DNA of 63,837 nt, filler included, from Rhabdomonas costata (GCA_019059605.1; 58 parts of 58 records of this genome joined end to end with filler, not necessarily neighbours in it), one strand, 5' to 3'. Positions 36,412-49,484 are shown, numbered from the whole stretch's first letter. The notes: generated by a model not told the origin, from the letters alone. Program-made: numbers and translations.

Positions 36412-36893
36412 GTCGTCAACTGGGAGTTGACGGACCAAGGGCCGGTGTTCACCATGGATTCTCCTTCGAGTGCGACCCGGGCAATGGTGTGTGTGTGTGT
36501 GTGTGTATTTGGGTGAGGGTGAGTATAACTCCTTGTGCCTGGCTTACCCTGCTTGGGAATATTAACGTGACACTTTTGCCGAGGTAATTCCCGTTGCAGC
36601 CCATGCTAGAGCCAGAGAGCACAGTGAAAGCCAGAAGTGATACAATGTCACAATGTCGGTCACTCCTGATCATCACATTCTTTAAACTTGCCTTTTATTT
36701 TTGCTCTTCTCTGTTCATTCATATTCCGCCCCTTTTGGTCCTGTGGGAGGGTCGGGTGAAGTGGACCCATGTCAGGGGTCACACTGGTGACTTTGGCAAC
36801 GAAGAAGCAGATCGGCTCGCTGTACAGGGGGCCGCCTTTGACTCCTCAAACGCTTCCGTTGAGGATGAGGCGAAACACCAAATGAAATTGTAA
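36412..36893 (+). CDS. RNase H1-like C-terminal region
   Basis: 36750-36893 reads GRVKWTHVRGHTGDFGNEEADRLAVQGA...TAA, the classic RNase HI C-terminal motif. A possible upstream in-frame exon at 36412-36486 begins VVNWEL. Confidence 0.8.
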
Positions 36894-37497
36894 AAATCTG
36901 TCGTGTTGTCATTGTGCACGGGTGCAAGGGTACAGGTGTTTGAACGATTGTGCTTTGGCTGTCATCGAATTTTTAGAGAGTAAGCAATTGTCTTTTGCAT
37001 TCGACCTGAGAAATTGGGAAGCGTTTCTAGCCAGACTATGTTCGTTATTTACCAGCAGCTGCTGTCCCAAACTGGTCATGGCGTCCACAGATACATCCTT
37101 TGCTAAGTGCCAAATGATGGATTCCTTATTGATGTGAAATACATACTTATTTCTGATATGGGGCAGAGTGTCACAGCACATCCGATAAAAATCGGTCGAC
37201 AAATCAAGCTGGCGTAATCATGCACATTGCCGTGTCCATTGGCTTCTCTGTCGTTTGCTTTCATTCGGGCCCACTTCTTTGAGCAGCCAAATCGCAATTC
37301 GTAAACGGCCCCATTCCGGGAAATACTCCCCAATTCGATGATATTCTCGCTGTGCGTCGAAAGTTTGCATTGATGATGACACCACCACACNNNNNNNNNN
37401 NNNNNNNNNNNNNNNNNNNNNNNNNNNNNNNNNNTTAATTAATTAANNNNNNNNNNNNNNNNNNNNNNNNNNNNNNNNNNNNNNNNNNNNTTTTGTG

Positions 37498-37554
37498 GGT
37501 ATTCTGAGAAAGTGGATGACGACGGCCAAGGTTCAACAACTTTCTCAGAATACC
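37498..37554. repeat. Contig-terminal inverted repeat (16-bp arms), probable fold-back
   Basis: GGTATTCTGAGAAAGT / ACTTTCTCAGAATACC immediately after the G/T tail. Confidence 0.75.
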
Positions 37555-37797
37555 TGCAAATCATATTTCATCCTGACCAAGAATATCGCAGAGCAGCATT
37601 TAAGAGCTCCTCCAAAAATTAGATAGGCGCAGTTCTGGCAATCTGGTGAGACAGCGAGTGGGTGTGCGTGTGGCTGGTAGTGGGGATCCTTGAAGCCTTG
37701 TGTTGCGGAAACGTGCTTTGTGTGAGAGGAGGCAGCTCATTTTGTGGTTTCCGTGTGCACTCACTCGCCCGCGCCCATACTCCCCTGTCGTTCTCAG

Positions 37798-37938
37798 GAG
37801 GCAGTTCGGATCTGCGTGCAGGGCAAGCTGTGGGACCGGGCGCAGAGTCTGGCGGACCAGCACCTGCCGCATCGCAGCGAGGAGGTCCGAAAGCTGCGTA
37901 CAGACTCCCTGGTGGACAGCAACAACGGGGACGAGCTG
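37798..37938 (+). CDS. IFT172-like solenoid-repeat exon
   Basis: EAVRICVQGKLWDRAQSLADQHLPHRSEEVRKLRTDSLVDSNNGDEL resembles the EAxxxxxxxxxWxxAxxxAxxxxP repeat of the IFT172 C-terminal region. AG..GT bounded. Confidence 0.55.
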
Positions 37939-39893
37939 GTACCCCTGCGCGGATGCGTGCAGATTTTGTGTACAAGCGGTGGGTAAGCGCGCAATTGGGG
38001 CTTCGGGAGGACCTCCGGAGGAGTGATCTGCACCCGTGCGAAACGGTCCAAAAGGCGGAAGCGAAGAAATCCAAAGCCCGCTGAAGACAGCATGTGTGTA
38101 TGTGTGTCTTCTGGTAGTCTTTTCGGAAGTGTTTCCAGAAGCCGATGACCACAGCAGAAAGTCACAATCCCAACCCCAACCCCAACCGTGACCCTGTCCT
38201 TGGGGATGTTCGCGGAGGCACAGGACTCAAGATCCATTTTTCAGATCCTACTTCCGATTTCTTCAGGCTTTACTGGTACTTACATTCACAATTCACTCAG
38301 TCTTTGTCTTGGCTCCAGCCAGTCAAGACCGGGGCAGCACACACAAGGCGGAGTAACGTCACGAGTCATTCACTCACCCACTCAACCCCGCAGCCCTGAG
38401 TGGGGGACAGTGTACGACCATTGGATTGCCAAGAAAAGAACCAAGAATCAAGTCCAAAAATGTTCCACTTGCAGCGGCCACCACCACAACANNNNNNNNN
38501 NNNNNNNNNNNNNNNNNNNNNNNNNNNNNNNNNNNTTAATTAATTAANNNNNNNNNNNNNNNNNNNNNNNNNNNNNNNNNNNNNNNNNNNNTGTGTGGGG
38601 GTGGGGTGGGAGGCTTCTCGTGCCCTCGTCTACCCGCAGAGTTTTGAACCTTATCGTTTAATTTCGTTCACAGTTCACAGCCTTGTTGCTCCTGTCAGGA
38701 GTGTGAAAAATTGGCGAAAAAAGTTGCTAACATTAATCAAGCAAACACCTTTAGAAAAGCATAAATAAAAAAATGCTAACATCAATGCAACGCAAATGTT
38801 TCCAGGCGCGTTTCCAACCCTTGGGGACTTTTTGGTCCTCTCAGGCCTGAATACTGAGCCTAAGCTTTCATGCTGGCACCGGAGTGGGGTGGTGTGCTTG
38901 TGTGTACAGGCACCCTACAGGCCATTTAGGGCCATTTTGGAGTGTTCTGGGGCCTTTGCACAGGCTTGGTTTTGTTTTTACGCTTTCTTTACCTTGGGGC
39001 CAAGCTCTGACACACCTGGCCAGTGACCCCCGGACGCCACCGCTCAGTGCTCGGTTCCTGCTCGCCCTCGCGACCCTCTTTCCGCCCCATCCAGCTTGCC
39101 CGGTTCCCGACTGTTCCCCCGTGCAAAACTCCTCCATGGGACCCCTGCCCCCCTGCAAGCGTCTCCAACTGGATCCCCAACTCCTCCGCCACCGGAACCT
39201 TTTCTCAGCTTACCCTGCCGCTGCGCTCGCTGTGGCCAGTGCGCCTCTTCGCCGATCACTTACCACTGGACGCGGCCTCCACCGGACTGGGCTCTTGCGC
39301 TGGGGACGACGATTCCTTCACTGATGGCTGCCTCCCAGCTGGGCCCCAAACTTCACCTCGCAGATCACACTGGCGACCCTGCACCTGCATGCGACGGCCC
39401 CCTCCCGGTTAAACGACGCCGCTGTGGCAAACCTGCTGAAAATCCTAACCCTGGTCCCCCAGGCCGCAGACGCGCAGGATTTGTTCAGCTTGGGTTTTTT
39501 TGAGAGAAAAACTGTCGGCTGGGCTCTCTTTGTACCCGTTGCCCTTTCCGAAAGTGAGCCCAGCCGACAGTTTTTCTCTCAAAAAACCCCAACNNNNNNN
39601 NNNNNNNNNNNNNNNNNNNNNNNNNNNNNNNNNNNNNTTAATTAATTAANNNNNNNNNNNNNNNNNNNNNNNNNNNNNNNNNNNNNNNNNNNNGTTTCCT
39701 TGTGTTTGCAGCCCCCCGGGCACCTACGGGCCCAGCGAAGGGTCTTCGCTTCTCCAGCAGTGCCTGGCTTGCACGCCAGGACTGTACTGCAGCCAGAGTG
39801 GGCTGGTGCAGCCCGATGGGATCTGCCCTTCAGGTGTAATTTTATATGCAAAGTTGCATTCAATTTATTCTGGGTGGGATGTGTCTTCGTCGC

Positions 39894-39921
<28 letters not shown>
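39894..39921. repeat. (AG)14 microsatellite
   Basis: Perfect dinucleotide run. Confidence 0.95.
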
Positions 39922-39925
<4 letters not shown>

Positions 39926-40146
39926 AGGTCGTCGATATAGTTTGGAGCCGATTTCGCAGTCTTTTGGTTTTTTGATTCTGAGTTCAAGCTGACTCCATTA
40001 GCTGATGAATGAGCAATCCCCTGTCCGTCGACGCGCAATGAGGTTATGGGGGGCTTTTGCAGTGCTCCCTGTTTATCTGCTATAAGTCATAGGGCAGTAG
40101 CTGCTGCGCTACGTTCTGCCTTGCTCATGTCCATGCATCTTCGTAG

Positions 40147-40422
40147 GCTTCTACTGTGAGTCCGGGACGACCTCACCCCACCTCCTTTGCCTGTCGACCT
40201 ACTACTGCCCCGAGAGCAGCGCTGCACCTGTGGGCTGCCCGGCGGGGCAGCACACCGAGAGCCCTGGACAGCCCGCATGCGCGACATGCCCGCCCGGGTA
40301 CTACTGCGAAGTCGTCACCCCGAACATCACCTCGTGCAACACCTCGAACTCCACAGCCAACGGCTCTTCGAGCTCGCCATACCTGCAAATCCCCACCGCG
40401 CGTCCATCTCCGTGCCCACCAG
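40147..40422 (+). CDS. Cysteine-rich surface-protein exon (GCC2/GCC3, CPxGxYC repeats)
   Basis: GFYCESG...YYCPESS..PVGCPAGQH...CATCPPGYYCE...PSPCPP(G). Symmetric phase-1 exon of 276 nt. Confidence 0.85.
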
Positions 40423-40909
40423 GTGCCCCTCGCCATACTCAGATTTCCCCCTCGCCATACTCAGATTGTGGTGCGCTTTTCTAATCTGAAGCTACTTTTG
40501 GGTCCGGTCTATGGGTGCGTTAAACGGTTTTCATGCCGTTATATCATATAGCGCCGTTATACCGTAAAACCCGACGAAGGCGGAAACCAAAACAACGGGC
40601 CGCGGCCCACCTAAGCACCATCTACATGCTTCGGTTTGATGTGCATCGTTACTTCGTATTTAAATCCAACCCCCAACCACCAAACACACCCCACANNNNN
40701 NNNNNNNNNNNNNNNNNNNNNNNNNNNNNNNNNNNNNNNTTAATTAATTAANNNNNNNNNNNNNNNNNNNNNNNNNNNNNNNNNNNNNNNNNNNNGTGTT
40801 GTTGGTAATTCTTAGTGCGAAAAGGACACGTGGGGGGTGCCGTTCTTCACGTATAAAGCCCTTTCGTGGAAGCCCATTTTGGGTAGAACCGGGGAACTTC
40901 TTCTCTCAG

Positions 40910-41267
40910 CTCTCAAAAGTGTGAGCGTGAAGAGAAGCAAGAGATGGAAAAGTGCCGCAAGGCCATGGAGAAAGGCAACATGGAAGGCGCGAAGATTTAT
41001 GCGCAGAATGCCATTAGAAAGAAGAACGAAGCCCTGAACTTCCTTCGACTTCAGTCTCGCATTGACGCAGTGGCGACCCGCCTCGACACTGCCGTCAAGG
41101 TCAGTGGTCAATGATTTGTGAGAATCCCTTCACCCCCCGTTTTCACCCTTTTCTTCGGTTTTCCGCTATGCCATGCGCAGATGAGAAGTGTTAGCAAGTC
41201 TATGTCGGGCGTTGTCAAAGGCATGGACAAGGTGCTACAGTCCATGGATCCTGTCAAGATCTCCAAG
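40910..41267 (+). CDS. CHMP1: ESCRT-III CHMP1/Did2/Vps46 fragment
   Basis: Exons 40910-41099 and 41181-41267 (81-nt intron): [76 protein letters not shown]. Confidence 0.95.
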
Positions 41268-42418
41268 GTTGTTTCTATTGACGACCTCTTTTTTTGTTCT
41301 GGCTTGCTTACACAGTTCCCGCAGTTCGATTTGGATGCGGGGAACTTTCGCTTTCCCGTTTGTTCCTGATCTGTGAGGGAGGGATATTTCCGTTGCAAAG
41401 CGTAGCTATTCAGCGAAATGGGCGCACGTCGAATGTAGACGAAATGGGTATGACGTCAAAGTTCAAGGTGAGAACAATTTTTTCTTCACCGGAAAAACTG
41501 CAGGGTGATCCAACTTAAACATCTTTGGGGCAGGGGAGGATGGGGGAGGGTGCGAGAACTCCACTACAGCGAGGGTGGCGAGCAACTGCGAAGCTTGTGG
41601 AACAGGGCCTCGCCTTTAAAAGAGCCCGGCGGAGCACCATGAGGGCCAAGCTATAAAAACTGAAGTTTCACCTCTCTCTCAGGTCACTTTATATCTTTCG
41701 CATCACCCCTTCTATTGTCCTCCTTGCAATGTCTGAACCCCCACCTGCCTGGGCGCAGCAGCTCTTCGGGCCGCTCATGGCCTCTGTCCAACGCTTGNNN
41801 NNNNNNNNNNNNNNNNNNNNNNNNNNNNNNNNNNNNNNNNNTTAATTAATTAANNNNNNNNNNNNNNNNNNNNNNNNNNNNNNNNNNNNNNNNNNNNCTT
41901 CTGGCAACCACAGATGCTGATTGTCACCAAGAACAAGATAGCGTCAAGGGTTGATCAACGTAGGCAATTGCACTAACTGAAGCTTTTCTTCCAAGTTGCA
42001 AGTTCTCTTTTGCTGCCTGCCTTCTTTCACCTCTAATCCAAATACATAAAAAAATCCAAATAGAAAATTAATCAATCTGATTCAACACGGATATATTCTC
42101 AATGCGGCTCGTCAACGCATTCAGATTCAGTTCAGTATGCATGTAAAAACCAGACGCAAAATATGAGAGGCAGCAGTTCCGCCACAAATAAAAAAATCTA
42201 ATCGGGTAATTTAATTCATCGCACCATACCTTTAAAAGAAAATCAAGAGATTCGAATGAGGCACACGCCCGGAAGAGAGAATTATGCGGAGTAATGGATT
42301 GGTCGGACTGTGGTGAGTTCTGCCACACCACGACACTTCGTCAACGGTGTTTGTTGCGATCCAGTGAGTGTATCAATTTCCTAATCCACGTCCACACACA
42401 CATACACACACCACACAC

Positions 42419-42824
42419 CCGGCCATAGCCCTGAGCAATGCGACAGCACCATCAACGTCGCCTTGCTTCACCCGCTCCCCCACCCCCTGCCGGGGATGCT
42501 TGCGAGCACTAGCGTTTCTTGGCGCATTAGCACTAGAAGGGGTTAGGGGACCCGGCGGCTTGCTATGCTCCACAGAACCGATACACCCCTTGAAAGAAGC
42601 ACATGCCGCAGAGGAAAGGGCTTCTGGAGGGGAGCTAAGTTCAGAGGCCGGCCGCTTCTTCCCCTGTGGAACGGGTAGAGATTCTCCAGTCAAAGAAGAA
42701 TCGGGGCTCGGCTTTTCCCACGCATGAAGGCCATAGTAGCCAACGTTCGCTCCATCCACGACCACGTCGAACCCACCTCGATCCTTCACCCATTGAACAA
42801 AAACACCGAAGGGAGTGAGCTCCT
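42419..42824 (-). CDS. PRORP: Protein-only RNase P (PRORP) NYN-domain exon with a long insertion
   Basis: FVQWVKDRGGFDVVVDGANVGYYGLHAW is the PRORP motif preceding and including the DGAN catalytic Asp. After ~85 low-complexity aa comes DVDGAVALLRAMAG. AG..GT bounded. Confidence 0.8.
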
Positions 42825-43679
42825 CTGTGGCAGGGTGTCCATCAGTCTCCATTACACTCAAAAAGTACGAAGAAAAAAGCTTCATTGAAAACGCTCTAAN
42901 NNNNNNNNNNNNNNNNNNNNNNNNNNNNNNNNNNNNNNNNNNNTTAATTAATTAANNNNNNNNNNNNNNNNNNNNNNNNNNNNNNNNNNNNNNNNNNNNG
43001 AGGTAGAGCTGAGTTATACTGAGTGTAATCATTTTTTCGAGGTCGCAAACTGATTTGGGACTTGAGGTTTAAGTAATCAGAATGGCATGTTTTTGTATTC
43101 AGCGCACAACTTTTGCTTTTCTGGTGATGTACCACTTATGAATATCCATCTTCACACGCCTCATCTGATAGACCAATTGAAAATTGTTGTTTGAAAAAAA
43201 TCAGCTAGAGATTCGTTAGCAACTACAGGCAAACAGCATTTTGAGCTTTTTTTTTGGAGCTGCTGGATTGGCGAAAGCGTAATTCCTGTTTATTGACGCA
43301 CCGGCAGTGCCCCCCAGTATTCCGACAACTTATTTTTGTTCTTCTTGTCGCAGAATTCACAAATATTCCACTGCCTTGTTTTTTTACTGCCGGTGAAATT
43401 TGTTTTGAAGCAATGGCCGCTGTCGACACAGTGGTTGTCGGTGGTATTCCGGGTGATGCATCTCTCACCTTGCCGCCCGGAAAGCGTTGCCACAGGGAAT
43501 TCGAAGACCCTGGTGCGGTGTGGGTTTAAGAATAGAGTGGGGTTACCTTTCTTCTATAGGCTACACTTGCCCCACAAGCGGGCTGTCACGTTTTTTGCTC
43601 CATTTGGTCCGTCATATTTCAGGGCATGTTTGGCGCAACTTGGAAAACGTGGAAAGTGTGTTTAAATTTGGGGCGTTGA

Positions 43680-43992
43680 TGCCAGAATGACTCTCTTTGT
43701 GTCAGGAAGGGACCAAACTCTTTCCATACATTGACACACCTTGTGGAAGGTCTTTTTCTCTTTCCAGGGGACTCTCCCCCAGCGAAGCGGCCTTCGGAGG
43801 AAGCCGCCGTGCTAATGGGAGGCGCCACGGCGAGCTCTTCCTCAGCCCTTTGGGCATTACCCCAGGCAACGAGGTGCAACGAGGCTCCCAATCAATGGTC
43901 GCTCTCCCCCCCAGAAAAAAACCTTCCACAAGGTGTGTCAATGTATGGAAAGAGTTTGGTCCCTTCCTGACACAAAGAGAGTCATTCTGGCA
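43680..43992. repeat. Contig-terminal inverted repeat (72-bp perfect arms), probable fold-back chimera
   Basis: 43680-43751 is the reverse complement of 43921-43992, which is followed only by a C/A tail. Confidence 0.9.
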
Positions 43993-46035
43993 ACACCACC
44001 NNNNNNNNNNNNNNNNNNNNNNNNNNNNNNNNNNNNNNNNNNNNTTAATTAATTAANNNNNNNNNNNNNNNNNNNNNNNNNNNNNNNNNNNNNNNNNNNN
44101 GTGTGTGAGGGCGCGGGGGCGAAACGAGGTGTACTTCAGCGGGGGAGGCGACCCCTCACCGAAGTGGGCTTGAGACATCGACTGGGCTAGAGCAAATGCA
44201 AAAGTGGCAACCAAGAAGCTGCATGAACCCAAATCGGTGACATCCATCACAGGGTCGAGAAAGTGCGCGAGTATGGATATGTGCTTCTCAAAAACGCACC
44301 ATCTTCGAATGTTCAGATTCAACATGTGTCTTCGTGTGAACGCGTGTTAGTGGGAGGTCAAACAGGTCCTGCTAAGGAAGAAAACACTTCGCATGTGGTC
44401 ATCCGGTTTGCAAGAAAAGAAATCGGGATGCCGTAAATATAAAATGAATGAATATATTCTACTACGCTGTGACGTTAAACTCTGTCTGTCAGGATTTGCC
44501 CCCCTGAAATGGACAGCTTCATAAAGATTTTTGTGATCGTCAGTGGAGGATTCACTCTCCGCTCCCCTATGGGAGAATTTACGTGACCTTTTTGCAGTGT
44601 TTGCACACAACTAGCGCATTCCCCAGGAGGCAAAGACCTCCCCCCCTATCCCGCCTCCCATCGAAGACAGAAGAAAGAGTATACTGCCCTTTGGCTGCCA
44701 CAGCCCGAAAACAAGCCAAAGGTGATCCGAAATTGTGAGCAGGCACGTAAGGAAGTGCATTTGATGGGCGGAACGCCCAAATTCGACAGGGTGAGGGAAA
44801 GCCCAAGCATTTTTCCATGAAAGCACGGAGAATTAAAAAGACTAAAAAGGATGCTGCACCAGAGACAAGTCTCCAGCTTTGTTCCGAGAAGGATGAGGGC
44901 TCGCAGACAAGAGCAATACAAAAGCCGTGGTCGAGCAAGCCGTCAAAATCTAGCCAGTTGTAAAAACGGGAGAAACGGGGGAAAAAACTCAACGCGCGGT
45001 TTCCTCGAACCACGGAACAGCGAAAGCCTAGCACAAATACACACGCACACACACCACCAGACCACCAGTGCATAAAATACATCTCACCAAGGACAAAAAC
45101 CCNNNNNNNNNNNNNNNNNNNNNNNNNNNNNNNNNNNNNNNNNNNNTTAATTAATTAANNNNNNNNNNNNNNNNNNNNNNNNNNNNNNNNNNNNNNNNNN
45201 NNTTACGCAAAAGGTATTCTCCTCATGCCCTCCTCATGTTCATAATGTTTGTGTCACGCCTTGCCAGAACGTTATTTGAAGTCTGCTCTTCCGCTTTAAT
45301 TCGGTGGTGTTTGTGTCGCAGTAATCGCGGACGCATTCGAGCTTCAGCTTGGGTCCGTTCTCGCTCTGGGGCTGTACCGAGTAAGTGATGGCCGCCCAAG
45401 CTTGACCTGCACTATGGTCTCCCAGGATGGGCTTCCCACAGTCCAAGCTCAGGTGCACATTTCTTTATAAACAGCGCGTTGTGACACCCACTCTGACATA
45501 CGCCCCTTCATCATCTTCCAGACCTCTGTGATCGAATGCATCGCCGATCTCCAAACAGCCCAAACAGGGCAGATCAGGGGTTTCTCTCCACTTGAAATCA
45601 TTTACTTTCCATACTGTCTGCAAGGATTTTTCATGTTTAGCTCCTCTCTCTCTGGCCCTTGCGGGCTTACTTAAAGTTTCATGTATGGTGTTTATTTAAT
45701 TTAACTAGGATGAAGGATCCATACGTCTCAGGTCCCATTTGTTTGCAACTCGTTTGCAGGTCACTGTGACACGAGTTTGGACCGAGCCCAAGGCATTTCG
45801 GGGCTTCCGGTGGACTGGGGTGCCCTTCAGCTTCTTCCAGCTGCACTGCGACTGGCGTGCTGGCTTCGCAAACCTCTCCACTGCCCGAGCGGGGACCACG
45901 GATCCCATCCTTGTTTCCCTCGCCGGTTTGCTTCCGGATAAGCGCCGCATTTCTGTTGGCTGAGTCGATGTCTTTCACTGTGTTCCTGACAGCTGCAACT
46001 AACTTTGTGTGGTCTGCCGCCGTTTTGCTTTTTTG

Positions 46036-46189
46036 TTTCCGGGAAGATTCCCGCTGCCTGGCTGTCCCAATGCCAATGTTGATCTTTTAAGATGAGACTG
46101 GGGGTTGTCGTGAAGAATCTCCCCCAGTCTCATCTTAAAAGATCAACATTGGCATTGGGACAGCCAGGCAGCGGGAATCTTCCCGGAAA
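46036..46189. repeat. Contig-terminal inverted repeat (69-bp perfect arms), probable fold-back chimera
   Basis: 46036-46104 pairs with 46121-46189 at the contig end. Confidence 0.9.
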
Positions 46190-49100
46190 AAAAGAACCAA
46201 AACANNNNNNNNNNNNNNNNNNNNNNNNNNNNNNNNNNNNNNNNNNNNTTAATTAATTAANNNNNNNNNNNNNNNNNNNNNNNNNNNNNNNNNNNNNNNN
46301 NNNNACGAGGGCAGATTTTTATGTGTTTTTTGTTTCGACCGGTCAATTCAAATTGCTTTTGCCGTGGTGGGAATCCTTTTTGGGTTTCAGTGGGCAGCTT
46401 TCGCTTGAACCGCGGGTTGCATACTATACGCACTGCCCCCCCTCCTTGACGAGCATTCTATGTGCAGAACATTTCGGTTTTCTTCTTTATTCTTTTCTTT
46501 GTCGTTTTTCGTCGTGGGGTGACCAGTGAAAATCTCTCTGGAAAACTAAAAGCCAAGCACTTGGAAAGTCACGGCACTGCGTCACAGCAGTTAGGGTAGC
46601 ACAGACACAAAGGTCGCAAAAGGTATTAAAGGAATGGTTGTTCAACGGAGCCAGGCAACGGCAAGGACCAAAAGGCAAAGATATGTACACGGCCTTCACA
46701 GGCCAAGGGAAAGGTTAGGGAGGGAAACAAGACGTAGGAAGGGAAGTTGAAATATGTGAAGGAAAGGATGCGGGAAAGGGAAAGGTGGGTTAAGCAGGTA
46801 GTGTGCCGCAAGGGAATGATGGGTGGAAGGGGTGAAACCAAGCACAACAACATATAACAGCGGGGCCCCTGCGGGACGTGCCAACGCTGCGGGGCAGTTC
46901 CGAGTGGAGGTGTACAGCGTGCTACCCGCTCCGGACCCCATGCAGTGGCAGACGCTTCCCCGTGGCGCCGGGGGACTTCCTTCGCGCCGCGCGGGTCCTA
47001 TTGGGTCCCGCAATCCCCAGAGCTTCCTCACCGTGCGGCCTTCCCCGGTTTCGTGGCAGGCAACAGGTGAGTAAAGCAGCGCTCGCGTATGAATGGGCAC
47101 GTTGGGCAAGTTGGTTGGACAATCCACCGCAATTTGTGTATTTTTCACCTTGCCTTGTCTTGATTGGTTCAGTTCAATTCAGGTTCATTATTAATATTCA
47201 GTTGCCAGTGCTATCAGATAAAACAACTGTTTGTCGAGCGAAGAGAGCACAAAGGTTGCCCTGGACTGTGGCAAGATGTTTCAGTCCCTCTCCCCCCGTC
47301 CCCCTCNNNNNNNNNNNNNNNNNNNNNNNNNNNNNNNNNNNNNNNNNNNNTTAATTAATTAANNNNNNNNNNNNNNNNNNNNNNNNNNNNNNNNNNNNNN
47401 NNNNNNTTTTGGGGTGGGGGGCTCCTTTTCTCGCCTGCTCCACCTGCCCCCACACCAGGATCTGTGGTTCTCTCCATCTCACGCTCCGCCTTCCATTCTA
47501 ACCATTCCTCTGCATCCGGCCCGTTGTGTACTCACCGTCCCTTCCCTGAGCCCACTCAACCTCCAGCTCTTCTGTCCATTCAGCCCAACTCTGAACATGC
47601 GTCCCCGCCCGGATGCTTGCCCCAATATCACCTTTGCGGGTCAGGCTGCGGCCGTCATTGCATGGGTGATTCTGGGGGCGTCGGTATACTCACTGTGGCC
47701 GTCTCACTCTGGCCCTACCCCCTTGACGGGACGTCGAGGGGGTAATCTCAGTTTTGTCATGAGTAACGATTGTTCCGCTTCTGGTGGCCCTGCACCCGCG
47801 CCAGGGTTTCCCCCTTTATTGTCCCCAGAGACCCTTCAGATCACTGCTTCTCTCCTTGATCACCATCTTCTCCACCTCCACCACCTCTTTCACCACTCTC
47901 ACTTTTTTGAGGGCTGGGCCCTCTTTTTGTTCCATCCTCCCTCCGTCCTTACTTCTTTCCTCCCTTCCCTCCTTGCTCTCCTCCTTCTCTCTCATTCCCC
48001 CTGTGCCTTGCATCGATGGTAGCGGTGGGTTCAGGGCGTCTCTCAACCATCAGCATCTTCCCTTACATCCATTACCCCTGGGCCACCACAACCGCAGGGA
48101 GTGGGGATAGGATGGAAGGATGGCATCGAGCATAGCGAGATGGAATAATTACATCAGGTATTCCTCTTACAACCCTTTACCCATGGCTGGTGAGGGAGCG
48201 TAAGCGTCTTGGTACGGTGAAGCGACCGAACAACGCATGTAGGATGGATGGCGGAGCGTAGCGTAGGCATCCAGACATCAATGCATCTAGGGGCCACACG
48301 ACATTCAGGGAGTGGGGATAGCGGTATTCAACCCTTCAATCATCGTCGGGTCTCTTAGTCCTTCGATCCCCTCCAACTCTCCCTCTTCATCTTCAGGGGA
48401 CCACCAACNNNNNNNNNNNNNNNNNNNNNNNNNNNNNNNNNNNNNNNNNNNNTTAATTAATTAANNNNNNNNNNNNNNNNNNNNNNNNNNNNNNNNNNNN
48501 NNNNNNNNTGTTTTGGGAGAGGAGCATACAAAGGATGCAGAAGAAGTAAGAAGAAAAGTCGGGTTGACTTCAGGTACGCCCTCTGAACGGGGTTGTTGGA
48601 GAAGGCGATAATACCTCGCTCCCACAGAGAGGCGCTTTCCCAGACGCCTATTCCAGCATCAGTTTTGCGCGGCGAGTAATCAGACGACCATGTCAAGGCG
48701 AACCACGCGAACTCAAGAAGTGCGGGCGTTCCTATTTGCCCCACCGGCCTTCCCTCGACAAGTTCATGGCGCCAGGCTGGCGAAGGGTACTGCCCATTCC
48801 TCGAAGCCGCTGAACACCAAGTAAGCGATTTGTGGCGCACACCTGTGCAGCAGTCCGACTGCACGCACGTCTGTGTCGCGCAGATGGTGGAGGAGGCCTT
48901 GCTGGAGTACCCGCTGGGGCAGGCATAGCTGCTGCTGCCACACGTCGGGTTAGCTGTTTGTTTTCAGGTTTTCAGGCGTGAGCACGGCCGGAACATCCGG
49001 CATGGCACATCGCACCACGGTGCATGTTGTGTGTGTGCACAGACTACAAACACGCAAAAATGAAACCTTCCCAAAGAGTGCCAATGTCAAACATAAAAAT

Positions 49101-49346
49101 ATAGCAGCACCCCCAGGCAGAGGCGTCCAGAGGCGTATTTAGCCTGACTCATAAAACATCTACTGCACTCCCAAGGAAGACCCTCGTGAGCACATCCCTC
49201 CACAAAGAGAGGATAGAGGGTCAAAAGACAACACCAAGAAATACCAGCAAGCAGAGCTCAAACGGAAAAGAACAGTCAACAGCTACATAAAAAGAGTGTA
49301 AGACTGCACCAACCCACCCACCGATCCCCACCTACCACAGAAATAC

Positions 49347-49484
49347 CTGAGGGGCACGATGAGCTTACCCAAGCCCAGCCCGAAGTGCACGTTCCCGAGG
49401 ACGGGCCAGTCGACGTCCCAGTCTTGCAAGTTGAGGAAGACCCGCACCACCCACAGCTGCTCGCCGCCGTGCACGAAGAGCAAC
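49347..49484 (-). CDS. PSI (plexin/attractin-type) cysteine-rich domain exon
   Basis: CSSCTAASSCGWCGSSSTCKTGTSTGPSSGTCTSGWAWVSSSCP followed by CAG|GT. Confidence 0.8.

Noticed and set aside
39420-39462. 2A-like peptide in CGKPAENPNPGP
   Set aside because: It does not match D(V/I)ExNPGP and no downstream element ORF is evident.
46036-46189. MITE, miRNA hairpin or terminator interpretation of the long inverted repeats
   Set aside because: All are contig-terminal, perfect and mutually unrelated, as expected for amplification fold-backs.
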